Below are positions 40,428-53,194 of a DNA stretch of 64,000 bases, in pieces. Numbering within the stretch: the stretch's first letter is position 1; every line of letters starts with the position of its first letter. The position numbers were made by a program, and so were the translations under genes. Source of the stretch: Ptychomitrium polyphyllum (Eukaryota); contig OZ316776.1 in assembly GCA_973851085.1 (NCBI GenBank), positions 11,222,001 to 11,286,000 of the forward strand. Reading direction: 5' to 3'. The notes below the pieces were generated by a model. That model was not told where the DNA came from, searched no databases, and saw only the letters and a list, made by a program, of their open reading frames with translations.

Positions 40428-43400
40428 ATGCCGCTCTGGGGGAAGAAGCGGAAAGGGTACCCACGGAAGGAGGAAAGCGTTAAAGATGTGGAGGATGGGG
40501 AGAGCCAGGAGAAGGGTGCAAATGGAGCGAGAGCGGTGAATGCGAGTGGCGTGGCAGGGGCTAAGGCGAAGGAGGAGGCGATTTTTGCAGCTGGGCGGTT
40601 CCATGATCTCGGACTTGCGCCTGCTTTGAGCGATCACATTCATGGTTAGAGCATTTTCAGCTTGCCAAACGGGAATTTTAGTCGTGTGTGGGGTGTCAAG
40701 CTCTGTGCTTATTGTGGCTCGATTTTCTTCGTGGTTGGGGGTGGGTCGTTGTGGAGGTGGTGCCGGTATTCGCTGCATGTTATACCAGACGTGATATTTT
40801 TCGTTGTTACGCTCTGAGTGTCAATTTACGGCAGTTTCAACTTTTTGAGTTTGCGTGTTTTATTTTATACTAGGATAATTAGGTTTTTGTTTCTTTGTTC
40901 TGAAAATCACGCTCTGTGCCTCTGATTTTGACCAGCCAGATTGTCGTTCTCGGCACCAACGTTGATCCAAAAGTCAGCTATACCACTGATTCTTTCTGGG
41001 CGAGATGTGTATCCACTCATTAATTAGAATATTAGTTGCTCTCTTTCTCAATTTGCAAAATGGTACCCGTCTTTCTTTTTACTTGAACTGAGACGGTGAA
41101 GTTCCTGAATAGTGCTAGCATCGCCTTCATGAAGAGGCGCTCTTCATTATCATACTTGAATTGGGGTTTAGGGTTGAGTTTAGCGGCACAGTTTGACAGA
41201 TGGTTCTCAACAGCTCTCATGATAGAAAGATGGTCGGACAGAACATCAAACTGTTCAGAGAGATTTGTCCTTGACCAGGTACAACAGATTGGTGAATGCT
41301 GATACGGGAACGGGTAAAACGATGGTGTATCTCGCGCCCATCATCAATGCTCTTCAGTCATACGAGCCTCGTGTAACCAGAAGTGATGGCACGTTGGGTA
41401 TGTGATCTCATTCTTCTGTTTCTAAGGTCCGGTTGCTAACTGTAATGGTATTTCAGATATAACTTTGATTTTTGGAGAAATCTGTTAAACGCCGGCTGCC
41501 AAATCGTTACGGCATGCTTTGACCCCATTTGTTATGATCTTTTTTTCGTTATAGTGGTATGCTGTGCAGAGTTCTTTTTAGTTTTAACGTAATATATCAT
41601 TAACCTAGAGCTATTTAATTGAGCAAGTTTTTTGGAGAAAGCGTCTGAGGGGAAATCTAACTGATGGGGGACAGCGTTGGTGCTTGTGCCAACTCGAGAG
41701 CTTTGCTTGCAGGTCTGTGCTGTTGCAGAGCAAGTAGTGCACCGTTTCCATTGGCTGGTACCTGGCTGTGTGATGGGGGGCGAGAATCGATCTAAAGAAA
41801 AAGCCCGTCTTCGCAAAGGTCAGTAATCTCAAGTTGACGGTCAGATCAAACGATAATACGGTGTCATTGTTAATGCTAATTGTGTCTTTATTTTACATCA
41901 AAGTTGGATGTGGCTATTTCCTCTAGCAAGTACCTCAGGTTCTAATATATGTGACTCTCTACTATAACTAAATTGTGTCGAGCTCAGTAGGACCACTCAT
42001 TGTCAAACTTCTGAACGAGGAAGCCTGTTGAAGTGTGGGGCAACGTTGGTGACAGTTTCAAGCTCAAACCCGCAACGATGATAATTAACTGGTCAGATAT
42101 GGTTGTGTATGGATTCTGATTCTGGGTGTAAATCTTGATAGGTATTACAATTTTAGTGGCTACTCCTGGCCGACTACTAGATCATCTGAAGAACACAGCC
42201 TCTTTCCGGCACGATCATCTGCGTTGGCTTGTCTTTGATGAAGCAGACAGGTGTCTTTCAGGATTTTTACTATTTTACATTGATTCAAAAGTGCCAATTA
42301 TAACATGTTAGTTTAAAATCACCACTGTTAAGTTTGTAAGATTTACATGTGTATTGTGTTATATAAGTATTCAACAATTTACTGTAGACTTGTCGGATAC
42401 ATTTTGTCGTGGTAAGGAAACGAGGTAAGGTTTTTTGTTTTTCTTCGTCTATTCTCTTGTGGTTTAAGTACTTAGAAGGGTATTGGTGACTGGATTTTGC
42501 TGAATACGTAATGTAGGAAAATCCAAATGTGGATGCCAGGATTGTCCTGATCATGATTTTATTGTGTCTATCCAGATTGCTTGATTTGGGTTTTGAGAAG
42601 GATATTGAAAGCATCTTGGAGGTGTTAGGCTCGAGAGACGATAATAATAGAAAGCGACAACATGTACTTCTGTCTGCCACTTTGAATGAGCGTGTGGAAC
42701 AGCTAGCAGCTCTTAGTCTGGTTAAGCCTGCTACTGTTGGTCTGGAAGAAGCAATTGAAGTGGAGATGGCTTTTTCAAGAAAAGTGGGAAATGGAGGTGC
42801 AGGGACTCAACTTGAATTCCAGAAGCATGAAAGAAATATGGGAGATGCTGGTCCTTCAGATGGGTACACGGAATATAGGATTCCTTCACAGTTGGTCCAA
42901 AGTTTCCTTAAAGGTATGCTAGAGCACAGAATCCTAAGTAATTTTATTTCATCGAAGCAAGCATTCAATACTTCAATCCTGTCTGTATAGGGTTTTATGT
43001 CATTGAGGTAATTTAATAGTAAAGAGAACAACGGTACAGTTGATCGCTTTGCTTTGGTGATTGTCTTTATATGAGGTTTACATGATGCAAGTCGTTGAGC
43101 CTAAGTTAGTTCGTTTTTTACCTGTTTTTAAAGTTGCTCTTGTTTTGGGGGATGAAGGATGAAGATTTAAGAATAATGACTAACTTTGTATGCTGTAAGA
43201 CTAACTAGCCATCGTGTCGAGTTTTTGCTTGTAGGTCTTTCGGGCCCTTGAGATGATTGGTACTCATCATGTTATTGTCTATGTTGTATGCAGTGCCTTG
43301 CAGTCTTCGACTGGTTGCTCTATTAGGTCTTCTTCAACAAAAGTCTCAAACGAAAAGTTCCTGTAAGGTATTCAGGCTTCTCTCTTCAATATGCTTATGT

Positions 43401-45049
43401 TGGCCTTAAATTTTAAGCTCTATGTAAATGAATGGATATTCTCATCCTTGCAGCCGATTTATGAGGTCAGGTAAATTTCTGGATGGGTTTCATGCCTTTG
43501 GTAGTTCAGAAGTTCAAGCTTGCTTGCGTTCGTAGCATTACGTTTTGTGTGAAGGAATACTTTCGATCTAATGTGGAAGCCAGTCATTAGAAATTTGGCA
43601 GCAAAAGGTAACAGAGATTAGCTCTTTCTACTGACCTAACTCTTTGACATGGGAGGTCTTGTGTTTCTGATTATTATGTGTGGTCTGTTGTTTGTGCTTT
43701 AACAGCTAGTCGTCTTCTTCTCCACCTGTGACGCGGTGGATTTTCACTACACAGTTGTCAATGAATTTCGGTGGTCTCCCACTCCCTGGAAAGATGGGGG
43801 AGAAAAGGATGAAAGGATGCTTCTTGGGTGTGAAGCTTTTCGTCTTCATGGCAGCATGGCTCAGAAAGATCGGACAGAGGCATATAATCAGTTCGGAAAA
43901 GCGAGTTCAGCGATCTTGCTTTGTACAGATGTTGCAGCTAGAGGGCTAGACTTTCAAAACGTTTCAGGCATTGTGCAGTACGAACCCCCAGGCGATGCTG
44001 CTGAATATGTACACCGGTGAGAACCTTCTAGAAGTTATTGCTATGTTGGTGATGTTCTTGTGGTAAATGTAAACTTTCTAATCTGTATGGTGGATCATGG
44101 TTGTTGGAATTTGGTGTACACTTAGACAGGAGCTAAGATTGCGCAACAGTTACAAACTGGCTCTGTTTAACTGAAGTACTATGTTTTTGCATTAATTTTC
44201 TCATTTACAATTCGACATTATGAATTTGTGGAAATGGCTCAACAAAATACATTTTGTGACCTCGAACTTCTTCCCTGTTGTGAACCACTTGATAAAGCTT
44301 AAAATCAAGATCGACCCTTAAAGACAAGATTTAACTGTTTGATTCGTAATTGTACAAGTTGATCAATATGTACAAAATGTTCTACAGAGTTGGAAGGACA
44401 GCAAGGCTGGGACAGAAAGGAGAAGCTATTCTTTTCCTGCAACCAGGTGAGGCAGAATACATGCAGGAGTTGAAGAAGCATGGTGTGTCGTTACTGGAGC
44501 TTTCATTGCCACAATTGCTAGATGGGCTTCAAGACAGGCGAGGGAAGAGAGACGATTCCTTTTCGGCAGTGGAGATGCATCCGCTTGCAGGCTTGATGCA
44601 GAAGGCTCTCGAGGCTTTTGTCGCTGCAAAGGTGTCTGCTGGTTTACTCACTGATCACTTGCTGTCAACGCGCTAGAACTTTGGCGACGAAGATCAAGTA
44701 CTCTTTTATGTATTTTAAAGTATTTTATCTAATGCTCACAAGGCATTTCGTATTCACATCGCTAACAGTTGATGTTTGTGGTTTTCAGCCGGATGCTAGG
44801 CTACTGGCAGTTGACTCATTTAGGTCCTATGTGCGAGCTTATGCTGCTCATAGGGGGGAGCTGAAGTCAATTTTTCAAGTGCGGAAACTCCACCTGGGTC
44901 ATGTGGCTAAAAGCTTTGGCTTGCGTGACGCACCCTCATTGTTTGGCAAGTCCGTGAACAAGCAGAGTTTGAAGAAGGAAAAGGAACGGAATGTAAAAAA
45001 GAGGCAAAGAAAGAAGCGGCGCCTTACACCTGGAGCTATGAAGGATTAG
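40428..45049 (+). CDS. DEAD-box RNA helicase, DDX31/Dbp7/RH17-like, multi-exon
   Basis: Q motif PTLIQ, motif [50 protein letters not shown], and C-terminal [26 protein letters not shown] typical of Dbp7/DDX31. Confidence 0.93.
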
Positions 45050-46299
45050 ATTGCATTATGCGCATCTTGATCGCGTGACTACTGTTTGTTTAGTTGCACT
45101 TGAAGCGCTATGCTAGCTTTCATTTCAAGTTCCTCCCCTATTAGGTGTCTGGTGATATCATAGTGGTACTTTGTGAGGGAAATCCTTACACTGAAGACAA
45201 AATTAACATAAAGCGATTTCAAATGGGGTAGTACAGTTCCTAGCCGTTTCCAGAAGTTAGCATTTCTGAAAACGATAAGTATGGAATTGAAGACACTCAG
45301 CGAATTCTGAATGGAACCAAAGATTCACAATTGGAACCAGTTCATCATAGGAGCATCAATTTTAAGATTGCAATTTGGCATAGAGAATTCTATGTGAAAA
45401 TTGTCCTGTCATAGCATGTTGCTGCAACTGCTTTAAATATTTTTTGGAAATAGTGACTATAAGCTTTGAGGATTCAACATCTACATGTTTTGAGGATTTA
45501 ACATCTACATGTTTTGGAGATTCAGTAGTCTAACTTGTACTTTAGTCGAAGATTTGCTACCTGTTGGAATTAGGTACATGTTGAGGCATATCAAGATGTA
45601 GTCATACATGCGGAATTTTGGGCAATTTTGCATGTTTACTAGGGTAAGTACATTCAGTTCCAGTAAACTAACAGCATATTTCTGCAGGTTGATAAATCAT
45701 CTAGACCTCTTTGGAATACTTCATTTGACTAATGCTGAAAATGTTTGTCATTGCTTTTGGTCCATTAGCAAAGGCTGGTTTTTCCTATTAGCAATCCAGA
45801 GGTACTATTTTTCACACTTTTGAAGTGATGCAAAAGAATGTGCTTACAATTTTTAAAAACCACATTTCACAGATTCCTAAAACTAGTACAGCTAATTAAA
45901 TCTACATGCATCCTATTGTAATAAAGTTTATTTCTATTCTTCTTTTTACCCTCAAAGTCCTATACAATCAAAATGTGGTCACTAAATGATTTTTTTTTCA
46001 AATAAGTGAAGTTTTAGGTCAACTTAGCCAAAAATTGAATGGGCTTGTAATTAGGACATTCATGACATCTTATGCAAGTGATTGATGCTAATATTAATGC
46101 ATGTAACTTCAAATAAGTGCTTTTGTACATTGGAAGGTATAAAATATGGTTTGTATGTGATTTTAGTGTACATATTATGTAATTTAAATTAAAATTAAGA
46201 TATAAGGCTTTCACTACTTTCACATTACTTATTCTACTATTTCTATAAAACATCCAATTTTTGCCTAAATTTTCACCACAATTTCCATATTATATATCA

Positions 46300-47400
46300 T
46301 TAATTTATTATGTTTAAAAAAATTGTTAATGGAATTTGGCTTTGTGAAAGTATTGGCATGGAATTTATTGCTCCATTAAAAACAATTCCATCTCCTAAGT
46401 CTTACTAAAATTTACCAGCATTTGTGGAGCAAAACTTCCTCTTCTACACTCTACTTTCCAAACTATTATTATACAATATTCAATGAATCCATTCACCCTA
46501 TCCTTGTATCTCTTCACAATAGGATTAAAAACATCTTTCTAAAGTAATATTACAATAAAAAATTATCTTGATTTAATACAAACAAGCCCTTGTAATACTT
46601 TGTAAAGTTGCTTATATTATTGGTGATAAAAAAATTGATAAACTTAAAGCATGAAAGTGGCCACTACATCCATACAAGTGCCCATTCTACTTTTCAATAG
46701 CTCAAAAAAAATGGATGGTTTTCCATGCGTGCAAATCCTTATAAAAATCTACTTTGCCATATACAAAGAAATCTCATCAAATATGAACAAATAAAAAATC
46801 TAAAAATAAATGGTCTTTTATTTTCCAATATTTATAATATGAAATCACCATGATATTATTTATAATAAATCTTCAAACAAATATTAAACTACTTTCCAAT
46901 TTAGTAATGCTAAAATCAAAAAAGTATTCAAATTCACATATGGACAACATACATGGATAAAAATAAGAAATCTCTACTATTCAAGACTGCTATCACTTTA
47001 TCCATTATTCATTATATATTACTAGTCACTTTGATATATGATTACATGTCTTTCTAATCTATTAAAACAACATCTTTATTCAATCCAAAGCTAATAATAT
47101 TAATGAGAAGTATTGAAAATCTATATAATCTTATCATCATTTAAGAACCTTCGGATACAACCTCATAAATGCAAGCACATTCAAAAATGATTTTTAGAAA
47201 TATACAATTTTATTTTGCCTACTAAAATGTACTTGTTTAAATCGAATATAGTAATGGCATTAAAAGATAGAACAAGACATTTTACAATTTAGAAGTTTGC
47301 CTATCCATTAGATTCCATCTAAATTTTGATAAAAAAATCATTAAATTCGTTTATTGTAATAACCAAGTTTCTCCAAAAGTTGTTGAAATTAAAAATATTA
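46300..47400 (-). mobile_element. Possible highly decayed Ty3/gypsy RT-RNaseH remnant in an AT-rich spacer
   Basis: Minus-strand fragments such as FNAITIFD (cf. LNAxTxxD), RFL*GFARM (cf. RFIKGFAxIAxP) and RLRRW (cf. RLARW) occur in the expected order but are broken by stops and frameshifts. The signal is weak. Confidence 0.25.
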
Positions 47401-48734
47401 AATATCAAATATCATCACACTTCATCATTATGTTTCTATCATACAGAACTTGCTTTTGAAAGATAATAGATGTTCTTCACTATTAATTTATATTTAAAAG
47501 ATATAAATCAAGGAGTGATGAATGAATATTTTTTTTATGAATGTTGGCTTTGGCTAGAATTTATTTCTTTTACTTATACAATATAAAAATATAGCTTCTA
47601 CATGTATATTATGTAGTTGAAAACTTATTCTTAATATATATCATATAATTCAAACGGATATTATTTATTCTTTGTATGTTATCAAAGGAAATATCATAAG
47701 CTTATCATTTGTATAATTGAAGGTCTATTTTTTTTTAATAAAGGTATAATTTCAAGTTGTAAAACTTTGTGTGTAGTTAAATATTAAGTGAGCTACATGA
47801 GCTGACAACAACCCTAGAATTTAAATTTTCTAAAAGGTCCTTTAAAACTTAAAGGCTTAATACCTTTCTTTGTATTTATAAGAAAAGTTTTTCCTTTTCA
47901 AAGATCCAAGCCTTCAACCAACTTTTTCATCTCTATAACATTCTATACTTACAAAAGATTGTATAATGATAGAATATTTTTATTGATGTAGAAAAAAAAT
48001 TAAATATATTTAACATGAATGAAAGATAATATAATTTAGTATTAGAAGAGACACTATGTATTTGTAGGAATCATGCATTCTTTGAGAGTAATAAAACATG
48101 GTTGTTTACAAAAATTATCTAGTATCTTCACAAATTTTCATCTAGTGATGTTAACATATGGAAAAACATCATAAGCCCTCTTTGAAAGGTTTTTAATTTG
48201 GATGTCTTTTGGTGAATAATGCAATGATATCATCTCAAAAATATGCCATTTGATAGAGGAAGTGGTTCGTAACCACCAGATCCCCTTCACGAAGGCTACC
48301 TATATGATACTACGATGATACTGGTGTAGTAACCTTCAATACTTGGAGGGTATCTACCACAGACATATTCAGCCGCGCTGTTATCCACTTCGCACGACCA
48401 AAAGGAACCTCGGCCAGCTCACCACATCCACTTCTCAGATGAAACCCGTTTGCTAACTGAGTGATACTCTGGATGTGCTGACGTGGTATCAGTGTGATAC
48501 TAGGGCGGGTATGCGAGGAAATGCAGAAGATCACGACGACTATGGACTTCGCCGTGGACTGTTGCCTTGCACACTTCGCAATGCTAGAATTCTAGTTTCG
48601 CGAATGCGAACTAGACTTGGAGGCCGAGCAGCAGGCAGAATGTGGACTTGGTAGAGTTCGCTTGCACAGAGATAGCGTAGTTTCTGTTAAGAAGTTGGAC
48701 CTTTGGGTTGTTCCGAGAGAAGGGAGCGAAAGAG

Positions 48735-51299
48735 ATGTACACTTGCAGAGTGCTGGCGAAGCACGGCGTCGCACTGGTGACGGGCTCGCGCCGTGAGAAT
48801 TCTTCACTCGCTGCGCCTGCCGACGTGCGAATCAGCTCTACTGCAACAGCTCCTGCTTGCGCCGATGATTCCGGGTTTTCTCTCTCGAGGGTGAGCTCGC
48901 TTTTGGGAGCTAGGCTGGCAACTGGGTCGCACGTCGACTGCGAGGTGCTGCAATGGGGGAACGCAGGGGACTGGGAGCTTTCAAAGCGGGGATTTGGGAA
49001 TGGTTCGCTCAGAAGCGCCCAGAGTGGGTCAAGTGGGTCAATCTCGGTTGAGCGCCCTCGAAATGCAGCGCGTGAGGGTGGCATGGAAGTAGCAGGGGAG
49101 AGCACAAGCGTAGCCGAGAGAGCATCCAAATTTGACGGGAGCAGCAATTGCGTGACGCCAGTGTTTCGCGTTTCGCCAATTTTCCAGCAAATATCGGTAT
49201 TCTCACCCTGATTCTCTTAAGTTGTTCTAATAGAGAAGAATTCGAATTTTGTGCATTGTAGTCACTTTCTTTATAGCAACTCCTAGATTATCTTGGAAAA
49301 TCGCCTAGAGATTATATGCTTTTGAGGAACAGAGAATGCTGTTTCTGTGTATATTCATGATGACCTTTTAGTCCTACGCTGGTCATTTCCATGCATGGCC
49401 TCATTCTGCATGTTTTTGGTGAGAGACTAAAGACTGAGAATTGATGGGCGGGTTTCAGGGCTTGGAGAATAGGAAAGTCTAGGTCTTGTTCCTGAGCGAG
49501 GGCAATGTATGCTGGTCAGTGTATGCTGAAGCAATTTTCAATTCCCTCATCAAAGAGCACGGGATGCAGGACTTTGTGGAGTGTGCTTCCAAGGTGAGTT
49601 TGAGTGATCATCATCGCTTTTGCGTTTAGGGAGAAATTAGGACATACTTGAGTGGGAGTGTTGAGTTTGGAGAAAGACTATCGTACATGGACGGAGTTGA
49701 AAAAGGATTAAAGACTTCAGATTGTGTGATTAGATCCTTACTCTTTTGTGGAAGGACTCTGGAAACAACGTTCTCTACTGTGATCATCTCCTCCAGGTTT
49801 CAAGGGATCATAACATTGGAGAATCTCCGGATCCACGAGCAGTTGCAGTGGCTGACGAGAAGGGGCTTAAGCTGCCGGAAGGAGCTGCAGCACGTGTTTT
49901 CAATTGTCAGGCTGACATTGTTTTGTTCGACCTTCTTGTTGTCATGGATAAGGTGAAGACTTGCACTGGCATGAATTTATAGGTCTATATAAACCCCACG
50001 ATTTGCAGGTGATTGAGAAGAATGGATTGTGCATGCTGGTTGAACATATGGTGTTTCTGCAGTTCAATGCCTCGGACGTGCTGAAGGAAGTCACAGTTTA
50101 TGGGGATATCGACAAGGAGGTTCGATACACTCACAAAGTTCGACGCCTTGCTGAATTTTGCAGGACAAAGAAGGTGAATAAACTATGAATCCACTTACTT
50201 ATTTAATTGGTACAAACAGGCACTGCAATGTCTGGCCTTAGTATGACTCGTCTGGTGCGAGGATTTCTCCATGTTGACTCAGGGTCTCAGTATGTCCATG
50301 TATTGCGCATATAAGCCATCTTGCTCACCGATTTTCAGTCAACTGACACCAATCATCTGTAAGAATTCTAGGATTTACAATCAGAAGCTTGTCATGTTTG
50401 TTGACAAGCAATAATACTATGTGGTGACAGATGGAAGATTTAGATGATTCTTTGTAAGGCAATATGGGTGGTCCTGAGGAACTGGTATGATTCTTTCTTC
50501 CAAATAGTACGGATGATGAGGACGCTATTTCCTTGTAAAAAACAAATCCGAGTGTTTAACTTGTAGTGTTCTTCAGTACTTAGAAGAATTCACCTTCCTC
50601 CTGGAATGTGGGATAGCGATAGTAAATTACAGTGAATGGATGTGGCAATAAATCGATGGATGTGGATTTCAAAATTGATGAGTTGGGCTCGTGGATCACC
50701 TCAAGCTTCAGTTGAACTTGTTTTGATTACAGGGGATTCTTCCTTTGGGATGGATTTATACTCTTGCGTGAGGGTGTTCAAAAGGTGATGGTAGGAACAA
50801 TTTAGAACAAAAACCGTTTGAAAGCTTCTGACGAAATCAGTTCGTCATGCTGTAGCAAGTTATTTATTCTAAAGGAGTTTACGTTTCCTTCTTTCTTGAC
50901 GGATTCAGGTACTCCTTCGAGAATCATGTGAAGACATACGAGCTTCATGCGGAGGTCTTATGCAGACTATAATGGAAATCAAGGCCGGCTTGCATGGTAT
51001 GGATCCAAACGTAACGACAGTGCGACGCAAATTTCTAGCACAAACTACTGTTGAGATGGATTTAACAGTACAATGATATGATTTCACTATCTTCGTTTGG
51101 CATTTGACGTAAAGCCCTTCGCGATTGCTTCTTGCAACAGATTCAGAAACACTAAAGCAGGGAGTCGGGAAGTCACTGGGTGAGATGGAGTCGGGAAGTC
51201 ACTGGGTGAGATGGAGTTGGGAAGTCACTGGGTGAGATGGAGTCGCTCAATTGGCTTGTACCCCCGATGTTACTGAAGGCAGAGACCGGATTCAACTGA
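48735..51299 (+). pseudogene. LMW protein-tyrosine-phosphatase-like (plastid-type) pseudogene, multi-exon
   Basis: VLFLSEGNVCWSVYAEAIF, HNIGESPDPRA, FDLLVVMDK|FN, DLDDSL*GNMGGPEEL. In-frame TAA at 50455-50457 lies at the DPxY position. There is a possible TAG at 49480-49482, Trp at the P-loop Arg position, and a frameshifting 26-bp triplication in the last exon. Confidence 0.8.
51161..51245 (+). repeat. 26-bp tandem repeat x3.3 (GGAGTCGGGAAGTCACTGGGTGAGAT)
   Basis: Units at 51161, 51187 and 51213, plus a partial unit at 51239. One C>T difference in unit 3. Confidence 0.95.
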
Positions 51300-52259
51300 T
51301 CAATGTCTAGTCCTGCACCAACTGTATTTTCATCAATATGCGTAAAAATTACTACCTTAAATCGACAATTGGCTTTCGTTTGCATATTGGTAGTTTACTG
51401 AATACTTATCATTCCTCTAAACTAGCTGTATCTTTATTCGGAACCGTAGTGGACTGAGTGTAAAAGTCTGCAATTTGTAGTAGAAAATAACTACTATGTG
51501 TGACGAAGGTTGCAAAAACGTCAGGTTTTAAAACCCAGAATAGTTTTACGATTCTCCACTTTGATGAGTTCTGTACTCTAGGGCATTGCATACTCTCACT
51601 TCTTCCTAGCATACTCTAAGACATCTCCATTCTATTTGACTTATGCATTAAAGAATGGTGTGTTGTTATTTTATACCACCTGTAGAAATGACGTATACCA
51701 AGCGGAACACCTGATCCTTTCTGAATTTGTCTGTGCTGAACGACACAAATTGTTCATATCAAACAAACTCCTACGACTGTTTGACAAGAACCACGAAATG
51801 ATAATCCAGTTAACATATTGCCATTATCCTCGCTTACGGTACGAAGTGTCGCACACCAAGAATTATAAATTTTAATTAAAACAAAGTATGTAGCACGTCC
51901 AAACATTCAGTTCACAACCGTAAGCTATTATTGCAACAAACGCAATCTCTACAATCAGATAATTGTATTGCCACAAAGTAAACAACACTAATCCAACAGT
52001 ATTAGAGCTAAACTATCAACCGACAATCATCGATCCCAAAAAGAGTAGAAATAGAACATTATCGAAAAAATATGCGACTGAAACAATTCACATCGCATAT
52101 CAAGTAATCAGCAATCTTTACTGAATCACCTCTGGAAGCACGCACGATACAGTCCCGAACTACATCAAAATTGGCTGCCGCATGCCATCCATCAATGTAC
52201 ATGATCATCTAGCCTACTCAAGATTTCTGTACAGACAAGGAAACTACTCGATGCCCAAT

Positions 52260-53194
52260 CTAGCTCTGGGAGGGGGGGCTGCCGCTCTTCTCGCCGCTGC
52301 CGCGCGACACGGCGTCATCCTCCTTCGTCGTGTCCAGCATCTCCTCCACCGACGCATTCGCCATCGAGAACCGCGTCTTGGGAGCCTGGCACTCTGCGCA
52401 CACACACCATACCAATGTCACCGCTCACGGAACCGACAACAAAGCCGACAACTGCTAACTCGCGTTCACCTCATTCCTGCATGACTCCAGGACGACACGA
52501 CGTGGGTGAGGAGCTTACGAGGGCAGTTGTACTCCTCCGGCACGTCTTCGAACGGCGTCTCCTGGTCGTACACATAGCCGCAGTCCTGGCACACGTACGC
52601 GATGCGCTCGCCCACGGGCTGCTCCGTGCCCTGCGCCAGAGGCGCGGACGATGTAATGACGCCGAGTGGGATCTCAGTGCCGCTCAAGCCAGGTGGGGAA
52701 GTGGGCGCGGTGGGTCCGCTGCCTCGGCCCCCGGGGCCTGGCTCCACTTTGCCCTCTGCTCGCACCACCAAAGACGCGCGCTTGAACGCAACGGCGCCTG
52801 ATGACCCAAATACGATCAAAGTCAGCCCTTTGATGTTTCTTCAAATGGACAAATAGGAAAAATTCCACACCCATTTATCAATGACTGACGGCTACAACCG
52901 CCCCTCACAAATAATAATTGGTGAAATAAGTTCATGTTTATCTAATCTAGCAGTACTCAGTACACACACCACAGGCAGGTGAAATGGCATTGCCATCACC
53001 ATTTAGATATACAGTAGAACATTCCACAATCATGCACAAAGCCATAGCCAAAAATCCCTCAAATTCAAAGTCTTACCATTTACAAAACGCACACTAGTTG
53101 GTGCCTGCTTCAAGCCCGAAGCAGCTGAAGTTGCTGGAACAGCTGCTGTAGCAGCAACGCTAGTGCTACACGCATTCATCACTGACGACGCCAT
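52260..53194 (-). CDS. Plastid-targeted rubredoxin-like protein, copy A. Exons 53194-53077, 52797-52519, 52393-52260.
   Basis: Transit-peptide-like MASSVMNACSTSVAA...VVRA, then YVCQDCGYVYD...FEDVPEEYNCP|QCQAPKTRF. This gives the two CxxC knuckles of rubredoxin. Confidence 0.9.

Noticed and set aside
51161..51245. 26-bp direct repeats as a CRISPR array
   Set aside because: The repeats are contiguous with no spacers, there are no cas genes, and the context is a eukaryotic exon.
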